64,000 nt of DNA, from the NCBI RefSeq assembly GCF_009914755.1, contig NC_060935.1; one strand, 5' to 3'. The notes beneath the pieces are model-generated. The model made no database searches. It was not told the origin of the DNA and saw only the letters and a list, made by a program, of their open reading frames with translations. The position numbers and the translations under genes are program-made. Shown in pieces: positions 11,730 through 25,300 of the stretch (the first letter of the stretch is position 1; each line of letters starts with the position of its first letter). This DNA is from the human T2T-CHM13v2.0 reference genome, Homo sapiens.

Positions 11730-14700
11730 CTCAGAAACTGCTTTGTGATGTTTGTGTTCCACTTCAGGAATTGAACTTTCCTCTTGACAGAGCAGCTCTG
11801 AAACCCTCTTATTCTAGAATCTGCAAGTGGACATTTGGAGGGCTTTGAGGCCTGTGGTGGAAAAGGAAAATCTTCACATAAAAACTAGATGGAAGCATTC
11901 TCAGAAACTACTTTGTGATGATTGCATTCGACTCACAGAGTTGAACATTCCTATAGATAGAGCAGGTTGTAAACAATCTTTTTGTAGAATCTGCGATTGG
12001 AGATTTGGACTGCTTTGAGGCCTACTGTAGTAAAGGAAATAACTTCATCTAAAAACCAAACGGAAGCATTCACAGACAATTCTTAGTGATCATTGCATTG
12101 AACTAACAGAGCTGAACATTCCTTTAGATGGAGCAGTTTCCAAACCCACTTTCTGTAGAATCTGCAAGTGGATATTTGGACTTCTCTGAGGATTTCGTTG
12201 GAAACGGGATAAACTTCCCAGAACTACACGGAAGCATTGTGAGAAACTTCTTTGTGATGTTTGCATTCAACTCACAGAGTTGAACCTTGCTTTCATAGTT
12301 CAGCTTTCAAACACTCTTTTTGTAGAATCTGCAAGTGGATATTTGGACCACTTTGTGGCCTTCCTTCGAAACGGGTATATCTTCACATCAAACCTAGACA
12401 GAAGCATTCTCAGAATGTTTCCTGTGATGACTGCATTCAACTCACAGAGGTGAACAATCCTGTTGATGGAGCAGTTTTGAAACTCTCTTTCTTTGGATTC
12501 TGCAAGTGGATATGTGGACCTCTGTGAAGATTTCGTTGGAAACGGGTTCATCTTCACAGAAAAACTAAACAGAAGCATTCTCAGAAACTGCTTTGTGATG
12601 TTTGTGTTCCACTTCAGGAAATGAACTTTCCTCTTGACAGAGCAGCTCTGAAACCCTCTTATTCTATAATCTGCAAGTGGACATTTGGAGGGCTTTGAGG
12701 CCTGTGGTGGAAAAGGAAAATCTTCACATAAAAACTAGATGGAAGCATTCTCAGAAACTACTTTGTGATAATTGCATTCGACTCACAGAGTTGAACATTC
12801 CTATAGATAGAGCAGGTTGTAAACAATCTTTTTGTAGAATCTGCGATTGGAGATTTGGACTGCTTTGAGGCCTACTGTAGTAAAGGAAATAACTTCATCT
12901 AAAAACCAAACGGAAGCATTCACAGACAATTCTTAGTGATCATTGGATTGAACTAACAGAGCTGAACATTCATTTAGATGGAGCAGTTTCCAAACACACT
13001 TTCTGTATAACCTGCAAGTGGATATTTGGACCTCTCTGAGGATTTCGTTGGAAACGGGATAAAGTTCCCAGAACTACACGGAAGCATTGTGAGAAACTTC
13101 TTTGTGATGTTTGCATTCAACTCACAGAGTTGAACCTTGCTTTCATAGTTCAGCTTTCAAACACTCTTTTTGTAGAATCTGCAAGTGGATATTTGGACCA
13201 CTTTGTGGCCTTCCTTCGAAACGGGTATATCTTCACATCAAACCTAGACAGAAGCATTCTCAGAATGTTTCCTGTGATGTCTGCATTCAACTCACAGAGG
13301 TGAACAATCCTGTTGATGGAGCACTTTTGAAACTCTCTTTCTTTGGATTCTGCAAGTGGATATGTGGACCTCTGTGAAGATTTCGTTGGAAACGGGTTCA
13401 TCTTCACAGAAAAACTAAACAGGAGCATTCTCAGAAACTGCTTTGTGATGTTTGTGTTCCACTTCAGGAATTGAACTTTCCTCTTGACAGAGCAGCTCTG
13501 AAACCCTCTTATTCTAGAATCTGCAAGTGGACATTTGGAGGGCTTTGAGGCCTGTGGTGGAAAAGGAAAATCTTCACATAAAAACTAGATGGAAGCATTC
13601 TCAGAAACTACTTTGTGATGATTGCATTCGACTCACAGAGTTGAACATTCCTATAGATAGAGCAGGTTGTAAACAATCTTTTTGTAGAATCTGCGATTGG
13701 AGATTTGGACTGCTTTGAGGCCTACTGTAGTAAAGGAAATAACTTCATCTAAAAACCAAACGGAAGCATTCACAGACAATTCTTAGTGATCATTGCATTG
13801 AACTAACAGAGCTGAACATTCCTTTAGATGGAGCAGTTTCCAAACCCACTTTCTGTAGAATCTGCAAGTGGATATTTGGACTTCTCTGAGGATTTCGTTG
13901 GAAACGGGATAAACTTCCCAGAACTACACGGAAGCATTGTGAGAAACTTCTTTGTGATGTTTGCATTCAACTCACAGAGTTGAACCTTGCTTTCATAGTT
14001 CAGCTTTCAAACACTCTTTTTGTAGAATCTGCAAGTGGATATTTGGACCACTTTGTGGCCTTCCTTCGAAACGGGTATATCTTCACATCAAACCTAGACA
14101 GAAGCATTCTCAGAATGTTTCCTGTGATGACTGCATTCAACTCACAGAGGTGAACAATCCTGTTGATGGAGCAGTTTTGAAACTCTCTTTCTTTGGATTC
14201 TGCAAGTGGATATGTGGACCTCTGTGAAGATTTCGTTGGAAACGGGTTCATCTTCACAGAAAAACTAAACAGAAGCATTCTCAGAAACTGCTTTGTGATG
14301 TTTGTGTTCCACTTCAGGAATTGAACTTTCCTCTTGACAGAGCAGCTCTGAAACCCTCTTATTCTATAATCTGCAAGTGGACATTTGGAGGGCTTTGAGG
14401 CCTGTGGTGGAAAAGGAAAATCTTCACATAAAAACTAGATGGAAGCATTCTCAGAAACTACTTTGTGATAATTGCATTCGACTCACAGAGTTGAACATTC
14501 CTATAGATAGAGCAGGTTGTAAACAATCTTTTTGTAGAATCTGCGATTGGAGATTTGGACTGCTTTGAGGCCTACTGTAGTAAAGGAAATAACTTCATCT
14601 AAAAACCAAACGGAAGCATTCACAGACAATTCTTAGTGATCATTGGATTGAACTAACAGAGCTGAACATTCATTTAGATGGAGCAGTTTCCAAACACACT

Positions 14701-17700
14701 TTCTGTATAACCTGCAAGTGGATATTTGGACCTCTCTGAGGATTTCGTTGGAAACGGGATAAAGTTCCCAGAACTACACGGAAGCATTGTGAGAAACTTC
14801 TTTGTGATGTTTGCATTCAACTCACAGAGTTGAACCTTGCTTTCATAGTTCAGCTTTCAAACACTCTTTTTGTAGAATCTGCAAGTGGATATTTGGACCA
14901 CTTTGTGGCCTTCCTTCGAAACGGGTATATCTTCACATCAAACCTAGACAGAAGCATTCTCAGAATGTTTCCTGTGATGACTGCATTCAACTCACAGAGG
15001 TGAACAATCCTGTTGATGGAGCACTTTTGAAACTCTCTTTCTTTGGATTCTGCAAGTGGATATGTGGACCTCTGTGAAGATTTCGTTGGAAACGGGTTCA
15101 TCTTCACAGAAAAACTAAACAGGAGCATTCTCAGAAACTGCTTTGTGATGTTTGTGTTCCACTTCAGGAATTGAACTTTCCTCTTGACAGAGCAGCTCTG
15201 AAACCCTCTTATTCTAGAATCTGCAAGTGGACATTTGGAGGGCTTTGAGGCCTGTGGTGGAAAAGGAAAATCTTCACATAAAAACTAGATGGAAGCATTC
15301 TCAGAAACTACTTTGTGATGATTGCATTCGACTCACAGAGTTGAACATTCCTATAGATAGAGCAGGTTGTAAACAATCTTTTTGTAGAATCTGCGATTGG
15401 AGATTTGGACTGCTTTGAGGCCTACTGTAGTAAAGGAAATAACTTCATCTAAAAACCAAACGGAAGCATTCACAGACAATTCTTAGTGATCATTGCATTG
15501 AACTAACAGAGCTGAACATTCCTTTAGATGGAGCAGTTTCCAAACCCACTTTCTGTAGAATCTGCAAGTGGATATTTGGACTTCTCTGAGGATTTCGTTG
15601 GAAACGGGATAAACTTCCCAGAACTACACGGATGCATTGTGAGAAACTTCTTTGTGATGTTTGCATTCAACTCACAGAGTTGAACCTTGCTTTCATAGTT
15701 CAGCTTTCAAACACTCTTTTTGTAGAATCTGCAAGTGGATATTTGGACCACTTTGTGGCCTTCCTTCGAAACGGGTATATCTTCACATCAAACCTAGACA
15801 GAAGCATTCTCAGAATGTTTCCTGTGATGACTGCATTCAACTCACAGAGGTGAACAATCCTGTTGATGGAGCAGTTTTGAAACTCTCTTTCTTTGGATTC
15901 TGCAAGTGGATATGTGGACCTCTGTGAAGATTTCGTTGGAAACGGGTTCATCTTCACAGAAAAACTAAACAGAAGCATTCTCAGAAACTGCTTTGTGATG
16001 TTTGTGTTCCACTTCAGGAATTGAACTTTCCTCTTGACAGAGCAGCTCTGAAACCCTCTTATTCTATAATCTGCAAGTGGACATTTGGAGGGCTTTGAGG
16101 CCTGTGGTGGAAAAGGAAAATCTTCACATAAAAACTAGATGGAAGCATTCTCAGAAACTACTTTGTGATAATTGCATTCGACTCACAGAGTTGAACATTC
16201 CTATAGATAGAGCAGGTTGTAAACAATCTTTTTGTAGAATCTGCGATTGGAGATTTGGACTGCTTTGAGGCCTACTGTAGTAAAGGAAATAACTTCATCT
16301 AAAAACCAAACGGAAGCATTCACAGACAATTCTTAGTGATCATTGGATTGAACTAACAGAGCTGAACATTCATTTAGATGGAGCAGTTTCCAAACACACT
16401 TTCTGTATAACCTGCAAGTGGATATTTGGACCTCTCTGAGGATTTCGTTGGAAACGGGATAAAGTTCCCAGAACTACACGGAAGCATTGTGAGAAACTTC
16501 TTTGTGATGTTTGCATTCAACTCACAGAGTTGAACCTTGCTTTCATAGTTCAGCTTTCAAACACTCTTTTTGTAGAATCTGCAAGTGGATATTTGGACCA
16601 CTTTGTGGCCTTCCTTCGAAACGGGTATATCTTCACATCAAACCTAGACAGAAGCATTCTCAGAATGTTTCCTGTGATGACTGCATTCAACTCACAGAGG
16701 TGAACAATCCTGTTGATGGAGCACTTTTGAAACTCTCTTTCTTTGGATTCTGCAAGTGGATATGTGGACCTCTGTGAAGATTTCGTTGGAAACGGGTTCA
16801 TCTTCACAGAAAAACTAAACAGGAGCATTCTCAGAAACTGCTTTGTGATGTTTGTGTTCCACTTCAGGAATTGAACTTTCCTCTTGACAGAGCAGCTCTG
16901 AAACCCTCTTATTCTAGAATCTGCAAGTGGACATTTGGAGGGCTTTGAGGCCTGTGGTGGAAAAGGAAAATCTTCACATAAAAACTAGATGGAAGCATTC
17001 TCAGAAACTACTTTGTGATGATTGCATTCGACTCACAGAGTTGAACATTCCTATAGATAGAGCAGGTTGTAAACAATCTTTTTGTAGAATCTGCGATTGG
17101 AGATTTGGACTGCTTTGAGGCCTACTGTAGTAAAGGAAATAACTTCATCTAAAAACCAAACGGAAGCATTCACAGACAATTCTTAGTGATCATTGCATTG
17201 AACTAACAGAGCTGAACATTCCTTTAGATGGAGCACTTTCCAAACCCACTTTCTGTAGAATCTGCAAGTGGATATTTGGACTTCTCTGAGGATTTCGTTG
17301 GAAACGGGATAAACTTCCCAGAACTACACGGAAGCATTGTGAGAAACTTCTTTGTGATGTTTGCATTCAACTCACAGAGTTGAACCTTGCTTTCATAGTT
17401 CAGCTTTCAAACACTCTTTTTGTAGAATCTGCAAGTGGATATTTGGACCACTTTGTGGCCTTCCTTCGAAACGGGTATATCTTCACATCAAACCTAGACA
17501 GAAGCATTCTCAGAATGTTTCCTGTGATGACTGCATTCAACTCACAGAGGTGAACAATCCTGTTGATGGAGCAGTTTTGAAACTCTCTTTCTTTGGATTC
17601 TGCAAGTGGATATGTGGACCTCTGTGAAGATTTCGTTGGAAACGGGTTCATCTTCACAGAAAAACTAAACAGAAGCATTCTCAGAAACTGCTTTGTGATG

Positions 17701-19370
17701 TTTGTGTTCCACTTCAGGAATTGAACTTTCCTCTTGACAGAGCAGCTCTGAAACCCTCTTATTCTATAATCTGCAAGTGGACATTTGGAGGGCTTTGAGG
17801 CCTGTGGTGGAAAAGGAAAATCTTCACATAAAAACTAGATGGAAGCATTCTCAGAAACTACTTTGTGATAATTGCATTCGACTCACAGAGTTGAACATTC
17901 CTATAGATAGAGCAGGTTGTAAACAATCTTTTTGTAGAATCTGCGATTGGAGATTTGGACTGCTTTGAGGCCTACTGTAGTAAAGGAAATAACTTCATCT
18001 AAAAACCAAACGGAAGCATTCACAGACAATTCTTAGTGATCATTGGATTGAACTAACAGAGCTGAACATTCATTTAGATGGAGCAGTTTCCAAACACACT
18101 TTCTGTATAACCTGCAAGTGGATATTTGGACCTCTCTGAGGATTTCGTTGGAAACGGGATAAAGTTCCCAGAACTACACGGAAGCATTGTGAGAAACTTC
18201 TTTGTGATGTTTGCATTCAACTCACAGAGTTGAACCTTGCTTTCATAGTTCAGCTTTCAAACACTCTTTTTGTAGAATCTGCAAGTGGATATTTGGACCA
18301 CTTTGTGGCCTTCCTTCGAAACGGGTATATCTTCACATCAAACCTAGACAGAAGCATTCTCAGAATGTTTCCTGTGATGACTGCATTCAACTCACAGAGG
18401 TGAACAATCCTGTTGATGGAGCACTTTTGAAACTCTCTTTCTTTGGATTCTGCAAGTGGATATGTGGACCTCTGTGAAGATTTCGTTGGAAACGGGTTCA
18501 TCTTCACAGAAAAACTAAACAGGAGCATTCTCAGAAACTGCTTTGTGATGTTTGTGTTCCACTTCAGGAATTGAACTTTCCTCTTGACAGAGCAGCTCTG
18601 AAACCCTCTTATTCTAGAATCTGCAAGTGGACATTTGGAGGGCTTTGAGGCCTGTGGTGGAAAAGGAAAATCTTCACATAAAAACTAGATGGAAGCATTC
18701 TCAGAAACTACTTTGTGATGATTGCATTCGACTCACAGAGTTGAACATTCCTATAGATAGAGCAGGTTGTAAACAATCTTTTTGTAGAATCTGCGATTGG
18801 AGATTTGGACTGCTTTGAGGCCTACTGTAGTAAAGGAAATAACTTCATCTAAAAACCAAACGGAAGCATTCACAGACAATTCTTAGTGATCATTGCATTG
18901 AACTAACAGAGCTGAACATTCCTTTAGATGGAGCAGTTTCCAAACCCACTTTCTGTAGAATCTGCAAGTGGATATTTGGACTTCTCTGAGGATTTCGTTG
19001 GAAACGGGATAAACTTCCCAGAACTACACGGAAGCATTGTGAGAAACTTCTTTGTGATGTTTGCATTCAACTCACAGAGTTGAACCTTGCTTTCATAGTT
19101 CAGCTTTCAAACACTCTTTTTGTAGAATCTGCAAGTGGATATTTGGACCACTTTGTGGCCTTCCTTCGAAACGGGTATATCTTCACATCAAACCTAGACA
19201 GAAGCATTCTCAGAATGTTTCCTGTGATGACTGCATTCAACTCACAGAGGTGAACAATCCTGTTGATGGAGCAGTTTTGAAACTCTCTTTCTTTGGATTC
19301 TGCAAGTGGATATGTGGACCTCTGTGAAGATTTCGTTGGAAACGGGTTCATCTTCACAGAAAAACTAAAC
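11730..19370 (+). repeat. 1700-bp (2-HOR) super-repeat, about 4.5 tandem copies
   Basis: Linked variants at exact 1700-bp spacing: TCTATA (XbaI loss) 12663/14363/16063/17763; GTGATA 12770/14470/16170/17870; CATTTAG 12971/14671/16371/18071; AAAGTTCC 13061/14761/16461/18161; GCACTTTT 13321/15021/16721/18421. Confidence 0.92.
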
Positions 19371-22300
19371 AGGAGCATTCTCAGAAACTGCTTTGTGATG
19401 TTTGTGTTCCACTTCAGGAATTGAACTTTCCTCTTGACAGAGCAGCTCTGAAACCCTCTTATTCTAGAATCTGCAAGTGGACATTTGGAGGGCTTTGAGG
19501 CCTGTGGTGGAAAAGGAAAATCTTCACATAAAAACTAGATGGAAGCATTCTCAGAAACTACTTTGTGATGATTGCATTCGACTCACAGAGTTGAACATTC
19601 CTATAGATAGAGCAGGTTGTAAACAATCTTTTTGTAGAATCTGCGATTGGAGATTTGGACTGCTTTGAGGCCTACTGTAGTAAAGGAAATAACTTCATCT
19701 AAAAACCAAACGGAAGCATTCACAGACAATTCTTAGTGATCATTGGATTGAACTAACACAGCTGAACATTCCTTTAGATGGAGCAGTTTCCAAACCCACT
19801 TTCTGTAGAATCTGCAAGTGGATATTTGGAGTTCTCTGAGGATTTCGTTGGAAACGGGATAAACTTCCCAGAACTACACGGAAGCATTGTGAGAAACTTC
19901 TTTGTGATGTTTGCATTCAACTCACAGAGTTGAACCTTGCTTTCATAGTTCAGCTTTCAAACACTCTTTTTGTAGAATCTGCAAGTGGATATTTGGACCA
20001 CTTTGTGGCCTTCCTTCGAAACGGGTATATCTTCACATCAAACCGAGACAGAAGCATTCTCCGAATGTTTCCTGTGATGACTGCATTCAATTCACAGAGG
20101 TGAACAATCCTGTTGATGGAGCAGTTTTGAAACTCTCTTTCTTTGGATTCTGCAAGTTGATATGTGGACCTCTGTGAAGATTTCGTTGGAAACGGGTTCA
20201 TCTTCACAGAAAAACTAAACAGAAGCATTCTCAGAAACTGCTTTGTGATGTTTGTGTTCCACTTCAAGAATTGAACTTTCCTCTTGACAGAGCAGCTCTG
20301 AAACCCTCTTTTTCTAGAATCGGCAAGTGGACATTTGGAGGGCTTTGAGGCCTGTGGTGGAAAAGGAAAATCTTCACATAAAAACTAGATGGAAGCATTC
20401 TCAGAAACTACTTTGTGATGATTGCATTCGACTCAGAGAGTTGAACATTCCTATAGATAGAGCAGGTTGTAAACAATCTTTTTGTAGAATCTGCGATTGG
20501 AGATTTGGACTGCTTTGAGGCCTACAGTAGTAAAGGAAATAACTTCATCTAAAAACCAAACGGAAGCATTCACAGACAATTCTTAGTGATCATTGCATTG
20601 AAATAACAGAGCTGAACATTCCTTTAGATGGCGCAGTTTCCAAACACACTTTCTGTAGAATCTGCAAGTGGATATTAGGACTTCTCTGAGGATTTCGTTG
20701 GAAACGGGATAAACTTCGCAGAACTACACGGAAGCATTGTGAGAAACTTCTTTGTGATGTTTGCATTCAACTCACAGAGTTGAACCTTGCTTTCATAGTT
20801 CAGCTTTCAAACACTCTTTTTGTGGAATCTGCAAGTGGATATTTGGACCACTTTGTGGCCTTCCTTCGAAACGGGTATATCTTCACATCAAACCTAGACA
20901 GAAGCATTCTCAGAATGTTTCCTGTGATGACTGCATTCAACTCACAGAGGTGAACAATCCTGTTGATGGAGCACTTTTGAAACTCTCTTTCTTTGGATTC
21001 TGCAAGTGGATATGTGGACCTCTGTGAAGATTTCGTTGGAAACGGGTTCATCTTCACAGAAAAACTAAACAGAAGCATTCTCAGAAACCGCTTTGTGATG
21101 TTTGTGTTCCACTTCAGGAATTGAACTTTCCTCTTGACAGAGCAGCTCTGAAACCCTCTTATTCTAGAATGTGCAAGTGGACATTTGGAGGGCTTTGAGG
21201 CCTGTGGTGGAAAAGGAAAATCTTCACATAAAAACTAGATGGAAGCATTCTCAGAAACTACTTTGTGATGATTGCATTCGACTCACAGAGTTGAACATTC
21301 CTATAGATAGAGCAGGTTGTAAACAATCTTTTTGTAGAATCTGCGATTGGAGATTTGGACTGCTTTGAGGCCTACTGTAGTAAAGGAAATAACTTCATCT
21401 AAAAACCAAACGGAAGCATTCACAGACAATTCTTAGTGATCATTGCATTGAACTAACAGAGCTGAACATTCCTTTAGATGGAGCAGTTTCTAAACACACT
21501 TTCTGTAGAATCTGCAAGTGGATATTTGGACTTCTCTGAGGATTTCGTTGGAAACGGGATAAACTTCCCAGAACTACACGGAAGCATTGTCAGAAACTTC
21601 TTTGTGATGTTTCCATTCAACTCACAGAGTTGAACCTTGCTTTCATAGTTCAGCTTTCAAACACTCTTTTTGTAGAATCTGCAAGTGGATATTTGGACCA
21701 CTTTGTGGCCTTCCTTCGAAACGGGTATATCTTCACATCAAACCTAGACAGAAGCATTCTCAGAATGTTTCCTGTGAAGACTGCATTCAACTCACAGAGA
21801 TGAACAATCCTGTTGATGGAGCACTTTGGAAACTCTCTTTCTTTGGATTCTGCAAGTTGATATGTGGACCTCTGTGAAGATTTCGTTGGAAACGGGTTCA
21901 TCTTCACAGAAAAACTAAACAGAAGCATTCTCAGAAACTGCTTTGTGATGTTTGTGTTCCACTTCAAGAATTGAACTTTCCTCTTGACAGAGCAGCTCTG
22001 AAACCCTCTTATTCTAGAATCTGCAAGTGGACATTTGGAGGGCTTTGAGGCCTGTGGTGGAAAAGGAAAATCTTCACATAAAAACTAGATGGAAGCATTC
22101 TCAGAAACTACTTTGTGATGATTGCATTCGACTCACAGAGTTGAACATTCCTATAGATAGAGCAGGTTGTAAACAATCTTTTTGTAGAATCTGCGATTGG
22201 AGATTTGGACTGCTTTGAGGCCTACTGTAGTAAAGGAAATAACTTCATCTAAAAACCAAACGGAAGCATTCACAGACAATTCTTAGTGATCATTGCATTG

Positions 22301-25300
22301 AACTAACAGAGCTGAACATTCCTTTAGATGGAGCAGTTTCCAAACACACTTTCTGTAGAATCTGCAAGTGGATATTTGGACTTCTCTGAGGATTTCGTTG
22401 GAAACGGGATAAACTTCCCAGAACTACACGGAAGCATTGTGAGAAACTTCTTTGTGATGTTTGCATTCAACTCACAGAGTTGAACCTTGCTTTCATAGTT
22501 CAGCTTTCAAACACTCTTTTTGTAGAATCTGCAAGTGGATATTTGGACCACTTTGTGGCCTTCCTTCGAAACGGGTATATCTTCACATCAAACCTAGACA
22601 GAAGCATTCTCAGAATGTTTCCTGTGATGACTGCATTCAACTCACAGAGGTGAACAATCCTGTTGATGGAGCACTTTTGAAACTCTCTTTCTTTGGATTC
22701 TGCAAGTGGATATGTGGACCTCTGTGAAGATTTCGTTGGAAACGGGTTCATCTTCACAGAAAAACTAAACAGGAGCATTCTCAGAAACTGCTTTGTGATG
22801 TTTGTGTTCCACTTCAGGAATTGAACTTTCCTCTTGACAGAGCAGCTCTGAAACCCTCTTATTCTAGAATCTGCAAGTGGACATTTGGAGGGCTTTGAGG
22901 CCTGTGGTGGAAAAGGAAAATCTTCACATAAAAACTAGATGGAAGCATTCTCAGAAACTACTTTGTGATGATTGCATTCGACTCACAGAGTTGAACATTC
23001 CTATAGATAGAGCAGGTTGTAAACAATCTTTTTGTAGAATCTGCGATTGGAGATTTGGACTGCTTTGAGGCCTACTGTAGTAAAGGAAATAACTTCATCT
23101 AAAAACCAAACGGAAGCATTCACAGACAATTCTTAGTGATCATTGCATTGAACTAACAGAGCTGAACATTCCTTTAGATGGAGCACTTTCCAAACCCACT
23201 TTCTGTAGAATCTGCAAGTGGATATTTGGACTTCTCTGAGGATTTCGTTGGAAACGGGATAAACTTCCCAGAACTACACGGAAGCATTGTGAGAAACTTC
23301 TTTGTGATGTTTGCATTCAACTCACAGAGTTGAACCTTGCTTTCATAGTTCAGCTTTCAAACACTCTTTTTGTAGAATCTGCAAGTGGATATTTGGACCA
23401 CTTTGTGGCCTTCCTTCGAAACGGGTATATCTTCACATCAAACCTAGACAGAAGCATTCTCAGAATGTTTCCTGTGATGACTGCATTCAACTCACAGAGG
23501 TGAACAATCCTGTTGATGGAGCAGTTTTGAAACTCTCTTTCTTTGGATTCTGCAAGTGGATATGTGGACCTCTGTGAAGATTTCGTTGGAAACGGGTTCA
23601 TCTTCACAGAAAAACTAAACAGAAGCATTCTCAGAAACTGCTTTGTGATGTTTGTGTTCCACTTCAGGAATTGAACTTTCCTCTTGACAGAGCAGCTCTG
23701 AAACCCTCTTATTCTATAATCTGCAAGTGGACATTTGGAGGGCTTTGAGGCCTGTGGTGGAAAAGGAAAATCTTCACATAAAAACTAGATGGAAGCATTC
23801 TCAGAAACTACTTTGTGATAATTGCATTCGACTCACAGAGTTGAACATTCCTATAGATAGAGCAGGTTGTAAACAATCTTTTTGTAGAATCTGCGATTGG
23901 AGATTTGGACTGCTTTGAGGCCTACTGTAGTAAAGGAAATAACTTCATCTAAAAACCAAACGGAAGCATTCACAGACAATTCTTAGTGATCATTGGATTG
24001 AACTAACAGAGCTGAACATTCATTTAGATGGAGCAGTTTCCAAACACACTTTCTGTATAACCTGCAAGTGGATATTTGGACCTCTCTGAGGATTTCGTTG
24101 GAAACGGGATAAAGTTCCCAGAACTACACGGAAGCATTGTGAGAAACTTCTTTGTGATGTTTGCATTCAACTCACAGAGTTGAACCTTGCTTTCATAGTT
24201 CAGCTTTCAAACACTCTTTTTGTAGAATCTGCAAGTGGATATTTGGACCACTTTGTGGCCTTCCTTCGAAACGGGTATATCTTCACATCAAACCTAGACA
24301 GAAGCATTCTCAGAATGTTTCCTGTGATGACTGCATTCAACTCACAGAGGTGAACAATCCTGTTGATGGAGCACTTTTGAAACTCTCTTTCTTTGGATTC
24401 TGCAAGTGGATATGTGGACCTCTGTGAAGATTTCGTTGGAAACGGGTTCATCTTCACAGAAAAACTAAACAGGAGCATTCTCAGAAACTGCTTTGTGATG
24501 TTTGTGTTCCACTTCAGGAATTGAACTTTCCTCTTGACAGAGCAGCTCTGAAACCCTCTTATTCTAGAATCTGCAAGTGGACATTTGGAGGGCTTTGAGG
24601 CCTGTGGTGGAAAAGGAAAATCTTCACATAAAAACTAGATGGAAGCATTCTCAGAAACTACTTTGTGATGATTGCATTCGACTCACAGAGTTGAACATTC
24701 CTATAGATAGAGCAGGTTGTAAACAATCTTTTTGTAGAATCTGCGATTGGAGATTTGGACTGCTTTGAGGCCTACTGTAGTAAAGGAAATAACTTCATCT
24801 AAAAACCAAACGGAAGCATTCACAGACAATTCTTAGTGATCATTGCATTGAACTAACAGAGCTGAACATTCCTTTAGATGGAGCAGTTTCCAAACCCACT
24901 TTCTGTAGAATCTGCAAGTGGATATTTGGACTTCTCTGAGGATTTCGTTGGAAACGGGATAAACTTCCCAGAACTACACGGAAGCATTGTGAGAAACTTC
25001 TTTGTGATGTTTGCATTCAACTCACAGAGTTGAACCTTGCTTTCATAGTTCAGCTTTCAAACACTCTTTTTGTAGAATCTGCAAGTGGATATTTGGACCA
25101 CTTTGTGGCCTTCCTTCGAAACGGGTATATCTTCACATCAAACCTAGACAGAAGCATTCTCAGAATGTTTCCTGTGATGACTGCATTCAACTCACAGAGG
25201 TGAACAATCCTGTTGATGGAGCAGTTTTGAAACTCTCTTTCTTTGGATTCTGCAAGTGGATATGTGGACCTCTGTGAAGATTTCGTTGGAAACGGGTTCA

